Shown piece by piece: positions 42,060 through 52,199 of a stretch of DNA of 64,000 bases. The stretch covers positions 506-64,505 of the forward strand of contig CAVUPW010000016.1 of NCBI GenBank assembly GCA_963743345.1. Direction: 5' to 3'. Made by a program: the position numbers and the translations under genes. How positions within the stretch are numbered: the first letter of the stretch is position 1; each line of letters opens with the position of its first letter. A model generated the notes under the pieces. It saw only the letters and a list, made by a program, of their open reading frames with translations. It was not told where the DNA came from and searched no databases. The DNA is from an uncultured Solirubrobacterales bacterium (lineage in GTDB: Bacteria; Actinomycetota; Thermoleophilia; Solirubrobacterales; Solirubrobacteraceae).

Positions 42060-42191
42060 GGACGGGTTGGGGCGGCGAGGGGAAACGTGGAGGCGGGTGG
42101 CGCGCGTGGACGGGTTGGGCGGCGGGCGCAAAGGTGGAGGCGGGTGGCGCGCGTGGACGGGTTGGGCGGCGAGCGGAAAGGTGGAGGCGGG
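42060..42191. repeat. G-rich tandem repeat, ~47-bp unit, about 2.8 copies
   Basis: Unit GGACGGGTTGGGCGGCGAGCGGAAAGGTGGAGGCGGGTGGCGCGCGT, starting at 42060, 42108 and 42155. Confidence 0.85.
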
Positions 42192-42211
42192 CGGAGGCAG
42201 AATGAGCCGCG

Positions 42212-43210
42212 ATGAGGATCTGGGTCGACCTGACCAATTCACCCCACGTCCTGGTCATGCGGCCGGTGATCGACAAGCTGCGCGAGCGCGGCCACGAGGT
42301 CGAGGTGACCGCGCGAGACTTCGCCCAGACGCTGGGACTGTGCGAACGGTTCGGCATCGGGCACACGGCGATCGGGCGCCACCGCGGAGGCCGGGTCGGC
42401 GCCAAGGCTCGCGGCCTGGCCGAGAGGTCGTACGCGCTCGCCAGATGGGCGCGGGGGCGGCGCTTCGACCGGGCGCTCGGCCACGGCTCCAACGACATCA
42501 CGATCGCCGCCGCGCTGCTGCGCATCCCGTCCGCCACCACGTTCGACTACGAGTGGGCGACCGTCCAGCACAACGTCAACTGCCGGTTGGCCGCCACCGT
42601 GGTCGTCCCCGACGCGATTCCGCCCGAGCGCCTTTACCGCTGTGGCGCGCGGGGCAAGCTGCGCCGGTATCCCGGGCTGAAGGAGGAGTACTACCTGGCC
42701 GACTTCGAGCCGGACATCTCGATCCTGGTCGAGCTGGGGCTCGACCCGGCGCGCCCCGTGGCCGTGGTGCGCACGCCGCCTGCGGTCTCTCTCTATCACC
42801 GGTTCGAGAACGACCTGTTCGCCGGCGTGCTCGACCGGCTGGCGTCCGTGCAGACGGTCGTGCTGCCCCGCACACCCGAGCAGCGATCGGAGCTCGAGCG
42901 GGTCGGCCGCTTCATCGTCCCCGAGCGCGCGATAGATGCCCAGTCGCTGGTCGCCTACGCCGACGTCGTGGTGTCGGCCGGCGGGACCATGAACCGTGAG
43001 GCGGTGGCGCTCGGCACGCCCGTCTACACGGTGTTCGAGGGCCGCCTCGGGGCGGTCGACGAGCGCCTGATCGCTCAGGGCCGCCTGAACCGGTTGACCG
43101 ATCCGGACGACCTCCAGATCGTCAAGCGACCGGCTCCGGCAGACGAAGATCACCGCGTGCGGCGCGACCCCGGCCTGCTGGCCGACCTGCTGCTCGGGGC
43201 GCAACCTTGA
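42212..43210 (+). CDS. DUF354 family protein (GT-B-like fold)
   Basis: MRIWVDLTNSPHV, YPGLKEEYYL, AGGTMNREAVALGTP. Confidence 0.85.
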   Translation: MRIWVDLTNSPHVLVMRPVIDKLRERGHEVEVTARDFAQTLGLCERFGIGHTAIGRHRGGRVGAKARGLAERSYALARWARGRRFDRALGHGSNDITIAAALLRIPSATTFDYEWATVQHNVNCRLAATVVVPDAIPPERLYRCGARGKLRRYPGLKEEYYLADFEPDISILVELGLDPARPVAVVRTPPAVSLYHRFENDLFAGVLDRLASVQTVVLPRTPEQRSELERVGRFIVPERAIDAQSLVAYADVVVSAGGTMNREAVALGTPVYTVFEGRLGAVDERLIAQGRLNRLTDPDDLQIVKRPAPADEDHRVRRDPGLLADLLLGAQP

Positions 43211-43256
43211 GCAATCGCACCGTGTTAGGGTCCTGAACCGCCTGAGGAGGTCGCCC

Positions 43257-44836
43257 GTGTCTGGACTCATGCCCAAGCTCCGCCTGTCTGCCGCTGGTGC
43301 CGCCGTGTGCCTCGTCGCGCTCGCGCCGGCCGCCGCCCAGGCGGCCCCGATCGGCGCGTTCACCACGCAAGGGGGCCTGGAGCTTCGTCTCGGCGCCCAG
43401 GCTGCATCCGCCGAAGCTCATCACCAACACGAAGACCCAGCGGGGACTCGCCCCGGGCTACTTCATGACCGGCGTGTTCAAGAACCTCGCGGTCAACAAG
43501 CCGATGATCGGCGAGAGCGGTCCGCTGATCCTCGATCGCAACCTCCAGCCGGTCTGGTTCAACCCGATCGGGGTGAACGCGCTGGCGGCCAACCTGAGGG
43601 TGCAGACCTACAACGGCAAGCCGGTGCTCAGCTGGTGGCAGGGCACGGTCAGCGCGCACCGGGGTGACCACGAGCGGCGAGGACGTGGTGGTCGACCAGC
43701 ACTACCGGCAGGTCGCGACGCTCAAGGGCGCCGACGGCTGGGTGATCAGCGAGCACGAGATGATCATCAGCGGCCCCAACGCCTGGGTCACGGCCTACAA
43801 GAACGGTGCCGATGAACCTCACCCCGTACGGCGGCGTCGCCAACGGCAGCGTGCTCGACTCGGCCGTCCAGGAGTACGACCTGAAGACTGGCCAGCTGCT
43901 CTACACCTGGGATGCGCTCAACCCGGGCGGCACCCCGAACATCCCGCTCTCGCAGTCGCAGCAGAAGCCGTTCCCCGGGATTCCCTGGGACCCCTACCAC
44001 ATCAACTCGATCCAGCTCGCCGGGAACGAGACCTTCCTGGTCTCGATGCGCAACACCTGGAGTGCCTATCTCGTCAACCGCCTGACCAACGGGATCGAGT
44101 GGACGGTCAGCGGGAACCCCAAGATCAGCACGTTCGCGCTCCCGGCCAAGGCCCGGTTCCACTGGCAGCACGACGTCGAGCTGCACACCGGCAACGTGCT
44201 CAGCATGTTCGACGACGCCTGCTGCGGGATGAAGGGCATCAAGGGCGGCAAGTCGCAATTCGACACTGCCAACTCGCCCATCGCGCGGACTCGTGCTGAA
44301 GCTCGACCTCACCAAGCACACCGGCAGCTTCGTCAGCCAGTACATCCGGGACAACAGTACTTCAACGGCGGCGTTCCTGGGCAACACGCAGCTGCTGCCG
44401 GGCGGCAACGTGGTCCTCGGCTGGGGCTCGACAGCCGTGCTTCTCCGAGGTCAGCAGCAAGGGCAAGGTGCTGCTCGACGCGTGCTGGCCGGTCCCCGAC
44501 AACAACTACCGCACCTACGTGCAGCAGTGGACCGGAATCCCGTCCTTCCCGCCGAGCGGCGCGGTTCGCAACAATCACGGCAAAGCCACCGTGTACGCGA
44601 GCTGGGACGGCGATACCCAGGTCGTGAGCTGGAGGGTCCTGGCCGGTTCGAGCGCCAAGAGCCTGAAGGCGGTCGCGAGCAAGACGAAGAGCGGCTTTGA
44701 GACGACGATCCCGCTTACGAGCTCCTTCAAGGTCTACGAGGTGCAGGCGCTCGACGCCCGCCACCACGTGCTGGGCACCTCCAAGCCGTTCCCGACCAAG
44801 AGCTCGTCGAACTCGGGGCTGCCCCAGGCGTACTAG
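43257..44836 (+). CDS. Secreted arylsulfotransferase (ASST) family protein 1, with multiple frameshifts
   Basis: Signal peptide, GPLILD..PVWF, QTYNGKPVLSWWQG, DPYHINSI, SMRNTW, FHWQHDV, YRTY across five ORF pieces. Paralog of the next gene. Confidence 0.75.
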
Positions 44837-44857
44837 GCGCCTCCACGGACGGGCGGC

Positions 44858-46756
44858 GTGAGGAGCGCAGCGCCACGGATGGCGTGGGCGCTGTGCCTCG
44901 CGGCCGTCCTCTGCCTGGGCGGGGCGGTGGACGCGCGGCGCCAAGACCAAGCACCCGCCGCCCAAGCACCAGCCGGCCCCGCCCAGGCACAAGCCGGCCC
45001 CGCCCAAGCCGCCGGCAAGCCCGCCCCGCCCGGCCCGCCGCCAGTCTACGTGTTCCCGGTCCCGGGCGGCCACTTCGCCTCGCCGGCGACCCAGATCTCC
45101 TTCCGCGGTCTGCCGGCCGGCCAGCTCGGCACGATCACCGTCACCGGATCAGCCAGTGGAGCCCACAGCGGCACGATCCAAAGCGACTCCGACGGCGGCG
45201 GGGCAAGCTTCATCCCCTCGGCGCCGTTCACCGCGGGTGAGACCGTCACCGTCACGACCTCGCTCAACCTCGACGGCTCTCACAACGGCACCTACCAGTT
45301 CCAGGTCGCCAATCCCGCCGGGCCGGTTCCCTTCGCGCACCGCCCGGCCGCGCCCCGGGTGAAAGGCGACGTGTGGCTCTTCCGCTCGCGCCCCGACCTG
45401 GCGCCGGCGGCGGTGACCATCACCAAGCGCGATCCGACCAACCCGAGCGACATCTTCTTGGCTCCCCAGGTCGGCCCCTTCCAGCAGGGCCCGGAGATCA
45501 TCGGCCCCAACGGGGGGTTGATCTGGTTCAACCCGGTGCCCAAGGACTACGCGGCCACCGACTTCCGGGTCCAGATCTACGGGGGTCGGCCCGTCCTGAC
45601 CTGGTGGCAGGGCAACGAGGGCGCCGGCGTCGGCACCGGCCAGGACATCATCGTGAACAGCTCCTACCAGGTGATCAAGACCGTGTCGGCCGGCAACGGG
45701 CTGTCGGCCGATCTGCACGAGTTCCAGCTCACGCCGTATGGGACGGCCCTGATCACCGCGGAGTACCCGGTGTACGCCGACGCCACCGCGGTGCAGGGCG
45801 TCGCCAGCGAGGTCGTGCTCGATTCGGTCGTCCAGGAGATCGACATCCCCACCGGGTTGGTGCTGTTCGAGTGGGACAGCCTCGACCATGTGCCGCTCAC
45901 CGCGGCTTACACGCAACCCCCGAACGCGCCCAGGAAGAAGGGCAAGACGCCGTTGCCGAACGCCACCTGGGACCCCTACGACTACTTCCACGTCAACTCG
46001 GTTGGGCTCGACCGCGACGGCAGCCTCGTGGTCTCGTCACGCAACACCTGGGCTGTGTACAAGGTCAACCACCACACGGGGGCGGGCATCTGGACGCTTG
46101 GCGGCAAGCACTCGAGCTTCAAGCTCGGCCCCGGCGTCTCGTTCGCCTTCCAGCACGACGCACGGGTCCGTGCCCCGGGCGACGGTCTGCTGACCATGTT
46201 CGACGACGGCGCCGGCCCTCCCTACGTGCACTCGCAGTCGCGCGCGCTGGAGCTGCACCTGGACCTCAAGCACAAGATCGCGACCGTCGTCACCCAGCGC
46301 GTGCATTCCCCGCCCCTGCTGGCGAGCTTCGAAGGCGACGACCAGGAGCTGCCCGGCCAGGATGATTTCATCGGCTGGGGACAGCAGCCGTACTTCAGCG
46401 AGTTCAACGCCAAGGGTAAGTTGGTGTTCGACGGCCGATTCGTCGACTCGAACCTGACCTATCGCGCGTACCGCTTCGCCTGGAACGCGACACCGGCCGT
46501 CCCGCCCGCCTTCGCGGTCTCGCGCCACGGTGGCAGGATGACGGTGTACGCGAGCTGGAACGGCGCCACAAACGTGGCTGCCTGGCGCGTATTCGGTGGC
46601 AGCCGCGCAAGCAAGATGCCGGCGGAGGCGACCGCGCTGAAGCGCGGGTTCGAAACCGCGATCAACGCGCGCGCACGGCGCTACGTCGCCGTCGAGGCCC
46701 TGGACGCCAAGGGCCACGCGCTGGCCCGCGCGGCGGTCCAGCAGGTTGGTAGCTGA
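44858..46756 (+). CDS. Secreted arylsulfotransferase (ASST) family protein 2
   Basis: Signal peptide, DLHEFQLT, DYFHVNSV, SSRNTW, FAFQHDAR, MFDDG, YRAYRFAW. Confidence 0.85.
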   Translation: MRSAAPRMAWALCLAAVLCLGGAVDARRQDQAPAAQAPAGPAQAQAGPAQAAGKPAPPGPPPVYVFPVPGGHFASPATQISFRGLPAGQLGTITVTGSASGAHSGTIQSDSDGGGASFIPSAPFTAGETVTVTTSLNLDGSHNGTYQFQVANPAGPVPFAHRPAAPRVKGDVWLFRSRPDLAPAAVTITKRDPTNPSDIFLAPQVGPFQQGPEIIGPNGGLIWFNPVPKDYAATDFRVQIYGGRPVLTWWQGNEGAGVGTGQDIIVNSSYQVIKTVSAGNGLSADLHEFQLTPYGTALITAEYPVYADATAVQGVASEVVLDSVVQEIDIPTGLVLFEWDSLDHVPLTAAYTQPPNAPRKKGKTPLPNATWDPYDYFHVNSVGLDRDGSLVVSSRNTWAVYKVNHHTGAGIWTLGGKHSSFKLGPGVSFAFQHDARVRAPGDGLLTMFDDGAGPPYVHSQSRALELHLDLKHKIATVVTQRVHSPPLLASFEGDDQELPGQDDFIGWGQQPYFSEFNAKGKLVFDGRFVDSNLTYRAYRFAWNATPAVPPAFAVSRHGGRMTVYASWNGATNVAAWRVFGGSRASKMPAEATALKRGFETAINARARRYVAVEALDAKGHALARAAVQQVGS

Positions 46757-46818
46757 TAGGCCACTAACCGGTTCTTAGAACGGGGGGTCGACAGGATCGT
46801 GACTACAATCCCCGCCGC

Positions 46819-48789
46819 ATGCGCCGGCGGATCAGATCCGCGGCCTTCCCCGTCCATCGCCATTCGGTGCCCCAGCTGCTCGTGGACGGGATTCTGGTCG
46901 CGCTCGCTTACTACCTCGCCTTCCGGCTTCGGTTCGAAGAAGGGCTGGGCGGCGCGAACGAGCGTTACGGCGACCTGCTCACACACACGGTGCCGTGGGT
47001 AGTGCTCGTCTCGCTCGTGACCCTCGCCCTGTTCGGCCAGTACCAGCGGCTGTGGACGTTCGTGGGCCAGCGCGACTACGAGGCGGTGGTCAAGGGCCTC
47101 GTCGTGGCCACGCTGGTCGTCGTCGGCGGGATCGCCTTCCTGCACCCGGTGACGACCACGGTCGCCTTCCAGGCCTCGGCCGTCAACCTGCCAGGGAGCG
47201 TGCTCGCGCTGTTCCTGCTGCTCGCGGTGGCCTTCCTGATCGGCGCCCGCTTCCTCGTGCACCTGGTGGTGGAGGGGCGGGTGCGCACCTTCCGCGCGGC
47301 CAAGGGCGCGCGCGATGCGCTGATCGTGGGCGGCGGCGACGGCGGGCGGCTGGTCGTGCGCGAGCTGATCCGCAACCCGCAGCTGCGCCTGCGCCCGGTC
47401 GGGTTCGTGGACGACGACCCGCGCAAGCTGGGAATGAAGGAGGAACACGGGCTGAAGGTGCTCGGTACGACCGAGTCCGAGGATCTGGCCCGGGTCCTGG
47501 ACGAGGTCGAGCCCGACGAGGTCGTGATCGCGATCCCCTCGGCTCCGGGCACGCTGCGCGCACGCGTGGTCGCCGCCTGTCGCGAGCGCGGCATTCCCGT
47601 GCGCACCACCCCGACCGTGTTCGAGCTGCTCAAGGACAGCGCGGGTCACCTCAACGTCACCCGCCAGCTGCGCGAGGTCCGGGTCGAGGACATCCTCGGG
47701 CGCGAGCCGGTGCGGATGGAGATCGAGCGGGTCGGCGCCTACCTGTCGGGGCAGGTCGTGATGGTCACCGGGGCGGGTGGCTCGATCGGCGCCGAGCTGT
47801 GCCGGCAGATCGCCAGGGTGGCGCCCCTGGCCCTGGTCCTGGTCGACCACGCCGAGGACAACCTGTTCGAGATCCTGCGCGAGCTCGAGGACGAGCGCCA
47901 CTTCCGCATAGCGGTCCCGGTGCTGGCCGATTGCAGGGAAGAGGAGCGGATGCGCGAAGTCCTCATCGAGCACCGGCCGAGCATCCTCTTCCACGCGGCC
48001 GCTTACAAGCACGTGACGATGATGGAGGTCAATCCTGTCGAGGCGATTCGCAACAACGCGCTGGCCACGCGCGTGATGGCGCGGATCGCCGCCGAGACCC
48101 AGGTCGGTACGTTCGTGCTCGTCTCGACCGACAAGGCCGTCAAGCCCGCCACCGTGATGGGCGCCTCCAAGGCGCTGGCCGAATGGGCGGTCGAGGCCGC
48201 CGCGCTGCGCTATCCGGACACTCGGTACGCCACCGTCCGGTTCGGCAACGTGCTGGGCTCCTCCGGCTCGGTGGTGCCGATCTTCCGCCACCAGATCGCC
48301 GCCGGCGGTCCGGTCACGATCACCGACCCGCGCATGAAGCGCTACTTCATGACGATCCCGGAGGCGGTGCAGCTGATCATCCGCGCCGGCTCGCTGAGCG
48401 AGCACAGCGGCGAGGTGTTCGTGCTCGAGATGGGCGAGCCGGTGGCGATCGTCGACCTGGCCCGGACGATGATTCGCCTCTCGGGGCTGGAGCCCGAGCG
48501 CGACATCGCGATCGAGATCGTGGGTGCCCGCCCCGGCGAGAAGCTCCACGAGGACCTGTTCAACCCGTACGAGCGCCTCCAGCCGACCCCCGCCCAGAAG
48601 ATCCTCCGCGCCGCGCGGGAGCGGCTCGACCCCCAGGCGGTCGAGAGCATCTTCGGCGAGATCAACCTGCTGGTGCTGGAGGGCGACGCCGCCGCCCTGG
48701 CGCATCACGTGGCGAAGCTGTCGAGCTCGCGCCTGCCCGCCCGTGAGGCGGCCGGGCGGGAATCCAACGTCCCCCGCCTGCCCACGTAG
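46819..48789 (+). CDS. Polysaccharide biosynthesis nucleotide-sugar 4,6-dehydratase (CapD/PglF family)
   Basis: Four TM helices, a CoA-binding-like domain, TGAGGSIGAELC, HAAAYKHV, STDKAVKP, MGASK, RFGNVLGSSGSV, RPGEKLHE. Confidence 0.92.
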   Translation: MRRRIRSAAFPVHRHSVPQLLVDGILVALAYYLAFRLRFEEGLGGANERYGDLLTHTVPWVVLVSLVTLALFGQYQRLWTFVGQRDYEAVVKGLVVATLVVVGGIAFLHPVTTTVAFQASAVNLPGSVLALFLLLAVAFLIGARFLVHLVVEGRVRTFRAAKGARDALIVGGGDGGRLVVRELIRNPQLRLRPVGFVDDDPRKLGMKEEHGLKVLGTTESEDLARVLDEVEPDEVVIAIPSAPGTLRARVVAACRERGIPVRTTPTVFELLKDSAGHLNVTRQLREVRVEDILGREPVRMEIERVGAYLSGQVVMVTGAGGSIGAELCRQIARVAPLALVLVDHAEDNLFEILRELEDERHFRIAVPVLADCREEERMREVLIEHRPSILFHAAAYKHVTMMEVNPVEAIRNNALATRVMARIAAETQVGTFVLVSTDKAVKPATVMGASKALAEWAVEAAALRYPDTRYATVRFGNVLGSSGSVVPIFRHQIAAGGPVTITDPRMKRYFMTIPEAVQLIIRAGSLSEHSGEVFVLEMGEPVAIVDLARTMIRLSGLEPERDIAIEIVGARPGEKLHEDLFNPYERLQPTPAQKILRAARERLDPQAVESIFGEINLLVLEGDAAALAHHVAKLSSSRLPAREAAGRESNVPRLPT

Positions 48790-48802
48790 ACTGGGCCCGC
48801 AC

Positions 48803-50008
48803 ATGGTCGCCATCCCGTTTGGCCTCTCGGTCCACCATTTCATCTCCACGGTCGGAGCCGAGGTCGGGTTCGCCTCGCTGATCGGCCTGGCTCTCCTCGT
48901 GCTGCTGTTCTTCTCGCAGGCGCGGGAGACGGCGACGTTGCGGGCGCGGGCCGATGAGGCCAATCTGCGCATCCAGGAGCTCGAGGGCGAGCTGTCCGAG
49001 CTGTCCGACCAAGTCGCGGCTCTGCCCGCGGAGATCTCCGTCCGGGCGGCCAGCCCGCGCGCGGCGGCTGCCTACAGCGCGGCCGCACCCGGGGCAGTGG
49101 TGATGGCCGGCGCGGCGGCCGGCGGCCACGACGCGTTCCCGCCGGCGGCGCCAGCCGGGGTGGCGGGGCCCGCCCTGTCCGCGGCCACCCGGCTGATTCC
49201 CGACCCTGACCATCTGCCCGCGTACGAGCCGGCCACCACGGCCGGCCGCGCCAACGGCTCTTCGCGGCCGGTTGCAGCGGCGTCGGCGGCGACTATGGAG
49301 CGCCCCGTTCAGGCGCACACGAGTGCCGCGCCGCGCCCGGTGGCGGCCCCGCCCCGTGTTGGGAGCGGTGGGCCCGGACGTGCGCCCGGAGCCGGCCAGG
49401 GCCGTGCGGGCGGTGCAGGGCACGGCCGTGCCCCCGGTGGCGGACAGCGGATGGGTGGCCCGCAATACGCCGGGCCGTCGCGGCCGTCCGGAGCACCTCT
49501 GCGCCCGCCGCCGCGCCGGTCCCGGGGCCGCCTTGTCCTGGGAGGGCTCGTCGGCCTGCTCGCCGTGGCGGCGGTGGTCGTCGGCGTGGTCGTCCTGACG
49601 GGCGGGAAGCACGCCTCGAGCGCGGGCCGGTCGTCGGCCGGCGCCTCACTGGCCAGTCACCGGACTAGCTCGCTGAGCGCGGTGCAGCCATCGACCGTGA
49701 CGGTCTCCGTCCTCAACGGCACCGACCAGGTGGGCCTGGCCGGCGAGGTGGCCAACCGGCTCAGGGCCAACGGCTACCGGAAGGGAGATGTCGCCAACGC
49801 GTCCGACCAGACGCAGGCGAGTACCGTGGTGGCCTACATGGAGCCGGCCTTCCGGCGCGACGCGCTCGCGGTCGCGACCTCGCTCAAGCTTCACCAGAGT
49901 TCGGTCCAGCTGATCGACTCCGGGACCAAGGCGATCGCTTGCCCGCCCAACCAGGCGTGCACGTCCGCGGTCGTGGTGACCGTCGGCAAAGATCTCGCCA
50001 CCCAGTAG
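48803..50008 (+). CDS. Membrane protein with a LytR C-terminal domain
   Basis: TM helix, Pro/Ala/Gly linker, second TM helix, VSVLNGT..GLA..VVVTVGKDL. Confidence 0.75.
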   Translation: MVAIPFGLSVHHFISTVGAEVGFASLIGLALLVLLFFSQARETATLRARADEANLRIQELEGELSELSDQVAALPAEISVRAASPRAAAAYSAAAPGAVVMAGAAAGGHDAFPPAAPAGVAGPALSAATRLIPDPDHLPAYEPATTAGRANGSSRPVAAASAATMERPVQAHTSAAPRPVAAPPRVGSGGPGRAPGAGQGRAGGAGHGRAPGGGQRMGGPQYAGPSRPSGAPLRPPPRRSRGRLVLGGLVGLLAVAAVVVGVVVLTGGKHASSAGRSSAGASLASHRTSSLSAVQPSTVTVSVLNGTDQVGLAGEVANRLRANGYRKGDVANASDQTQASTVVAYMEPAFRRDALAVATSLKLHQSSVQLIDSGTKAIACPPNQACTSAVVVTVGKDLATQ

Positions 50009-50017
50009 CCCCGGGTC

Positions 50018-50776
50018 ATGCGAGAGCTGCTCGACCTCCCGGAGCGGAGCGCCAAGCCGCGGAGCGATGGCGTCACCCATGTGATCGATCGCGGGCTGTC
50101 GATCGCCGAGATCGAGGGGATGATCGAGGTGGCCGGCGAGTTCGTCGACATCGTCAAGCTCGGGTGGGGGACGGCGCTGGCCACCGGCAACCTGGAGCGC
50201 AAGCTCGCGTGCTACCGGTCGCACCGGATTCCGGTCGTGCTGGGCGGCACCCTGACCGAGCTGGCCATCAGCCGCGGCCGGCTGGATGATCTGATCGCCT
50301 GGGTGCACGAGCTCGGATTGGAGCACTTCGAGATCTCCGACGGGACGATCGCGCTCGAGCACGAGCGCAAGCTCGAGTTGATCGATCGCCTGGCTCGTGA
50401 GTTCACGGTGCTCTCCGAGGTCGGCTCCAAGGACGACACGGGTGCGATCACGCCTCCCTACATATGGGTGGAGCAGATGCGCGGGGAGCTGTCCGCCGGG
50501 GCCTGGAAGGTGATCGCCGAGGGACGCGAGGCGGGCACCGCGGGCATCTTCCGGCCGAGCGGCGAGGTCCGCGAGGGTCTGATCGGCGAGATCGTGCACG
50601 AGATCGCCCCGGATCGGATCATGTTCGACGCACCACGCAAGGACCAGCAGGTGTGGTTCGTGCGCCGCTTCGGGACGGAGGTCAACCTGAGCAACGTGCC
50701 GGTGGGCGAGGTGCTCGCGCTCGAGACGCTGCGGCTCGGGCTGCGCTCGGACACCCTCGGCATCGGTGGCCGGTGA
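50018..50776 (+). CDS. comA: Phosphosulfolactate synthase ComA family
   Basis: KPRSDGVTHVIDRG, DIVKLGWGT, GGTLTE, EISDGTI, LSEVGSKD, EGREAG, FDAPRKDQQ, LETLRLGLRSDT. Confidence 0.9.
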   Translation: MRELLDLPERSAKPRSDGVTHVIDRGLSIAEIEGMIEVAGEFVDIVKLGWGTALATGNLERKLACYRSHRIPVVLGGTLTELAISRGRLDDLIAWVHELGLEHFEISDGTIALEHERKLELIDRLAREFTVLSEVGSKDDTGAITPPYIWVEQMRGELSAGAWKVIAEGREAGTAGIFRPSGEVREGLIGEIVHEIAPDRIMFDAPRKDQQVWFVRRFGTEVNLSNVPVGEVLALETLRLGLRSDTLGIGGR

Positions 50777-50806
50777 GCGCCGCGCGGCGCCGACGGTCTC
50801 GCCGGG

Positions 50807-51352
50807 GTGCTGCTCGCCCGCCACGGCCAGACCGACGACAACCGCCAGCCGATCCGCTTCCAGGGCTTTCGCGACACGCCGCTCAACGACACCGGCCGGG
50901 CCCAGGCCCGCGAGCTGGCCGGGCAGGTCGCCGATCGACCGGCTCGTATTGCGTCCCTCTGGTCCTCCGACCTCAGTCGGGCGCGAGAGACGGCGGAGAT
51001 CGTGGGGGCTCGCATCGGCCTGGCGCCACGGCTCGATCCGCGCCTGCGCGAGGCCAACCGCGGTGACTGGGAAGGCCATTTTTTCATCGACATCAAGCGA
51101 TCGGATCCCGACCGCTTTGCCGCCTGGATGCGCGCCGGCCCCTCGTGGCGCTTTCCCGGCGGCGAGTCGCTCCAGGAACAGCAGGATCGAGTCATCGCCG
51201 CACTTACGGACATCCACACCACCGGCGAGCTGCCCGCGCTGGTCGTGTGCCACGGCGGTTGCATCCGGGTGATGCTGTGCAGCCGAGACCCGCGGGGGCT
51301 GGACGCGTTTCACCAGTTCGAGATCCCGAACGCGGCCGTCGTGCCGCTGTGA
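50807..51352 (+). CDS. Histidine phosphatase family protein
   Basis: LARHGQT, SSDLSRARETA, LRE..GDWEG, GGESL, VCHGG. Confidence 0.9.
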   Translation: MLLARHGQTDDNRQPIRFQGFRDTPLNDTGRAQARELAGQVADRPARIASLWSSDLSRARETAEIVGARIGLAPRLDPRLREANRGDWEGHFFIDIKRSDPDRFAAWMRAGPSWRFPGGESLQEQQDRVIAALTDIHTTGELPALVVCHGGCIRVMLCSRDPRGLDAFHQFEIPNAAVVPL

Positions 51353-51365
51353 ACAGGAGTGGCCG

Positions 51366-52158
51366 GTGGCGAGCACTAGGCTCACGGTCGGCGCGTTCGC
51401 CGTGCTGGTCGCGGCCTCGATCGCGGCCTTCTTCGTCACCCAGCACCTGAAGGTCACCACGCCGCTGATCCAGGGGTTTCCGCGGCCGGTGCCGGGGGTG
51501 ATCGATCCGCTTCACGGCGTCCCGTGCGGCGGACACAACAATGGCACCGTCACGATCTCGTTCTACCTGCAGCACCGCAGCGACGACGTCGACGTCTTCG
51601 TGGTCGACTCCGGCGGAGACATCGTGCGCACGGTGGCCACCGGGCGCCACATGCGCAAGGACGTGCGCAACCCCGACGGCGTTTTCCACTGGGACGGACG
51701 CGAGTCAAACGGGCGCCTCGCGCCCGACGGGACCTACCACTTCCGGGTGGCGCTCCTGAACCAGGGGCGGACGATCGATCTGAGCGACGTGCCGGTGAAG
51801 GTCAAGACGGTCCCGCCCCGTCCGGTGATTACGAGCGTCAGCCCGTCGGTGATCACCTCTGCTGGTACCACGCGGGTCACGATCCACTACGCCGGCAACG
51901 AGAACCGCGGTGGCACGATCCTGCTCTACCGGCTGGGACTGCCAGGCGGTCCGCGGCTGATCAAGACCTTCCTCACCCCCTGGAAGGGTCAGACGCACGG
52001 TATGGGACGGAACCGTCCGCGGGCAGCGCCGCGCGCCGCCGGGGACCTACCTGATCGCACTCGAGGTGACGGACGCCGCATGCAATACCGGGCGCTACCC
52101 GGCGCGGATCCCGCCGCCGGCGGGTACGGCAGCGAGTGACATCGTGACCGTGCGTTAG
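51366..52158 (+). CDS. Secreted FlgD-Ig-like domain protein (frameshift near 52000)
   Basis: AAFFVTQHLK and WDGRESNGRLAPDGTY; the corrected C-terminus contains a second WDG..PGTY repeat. Confidence 0.7.
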
Positions 52159-52199
52159 GTACGGTCGGTCGTCGCGCGCGAGCCGTACCGTTTGCCGGT

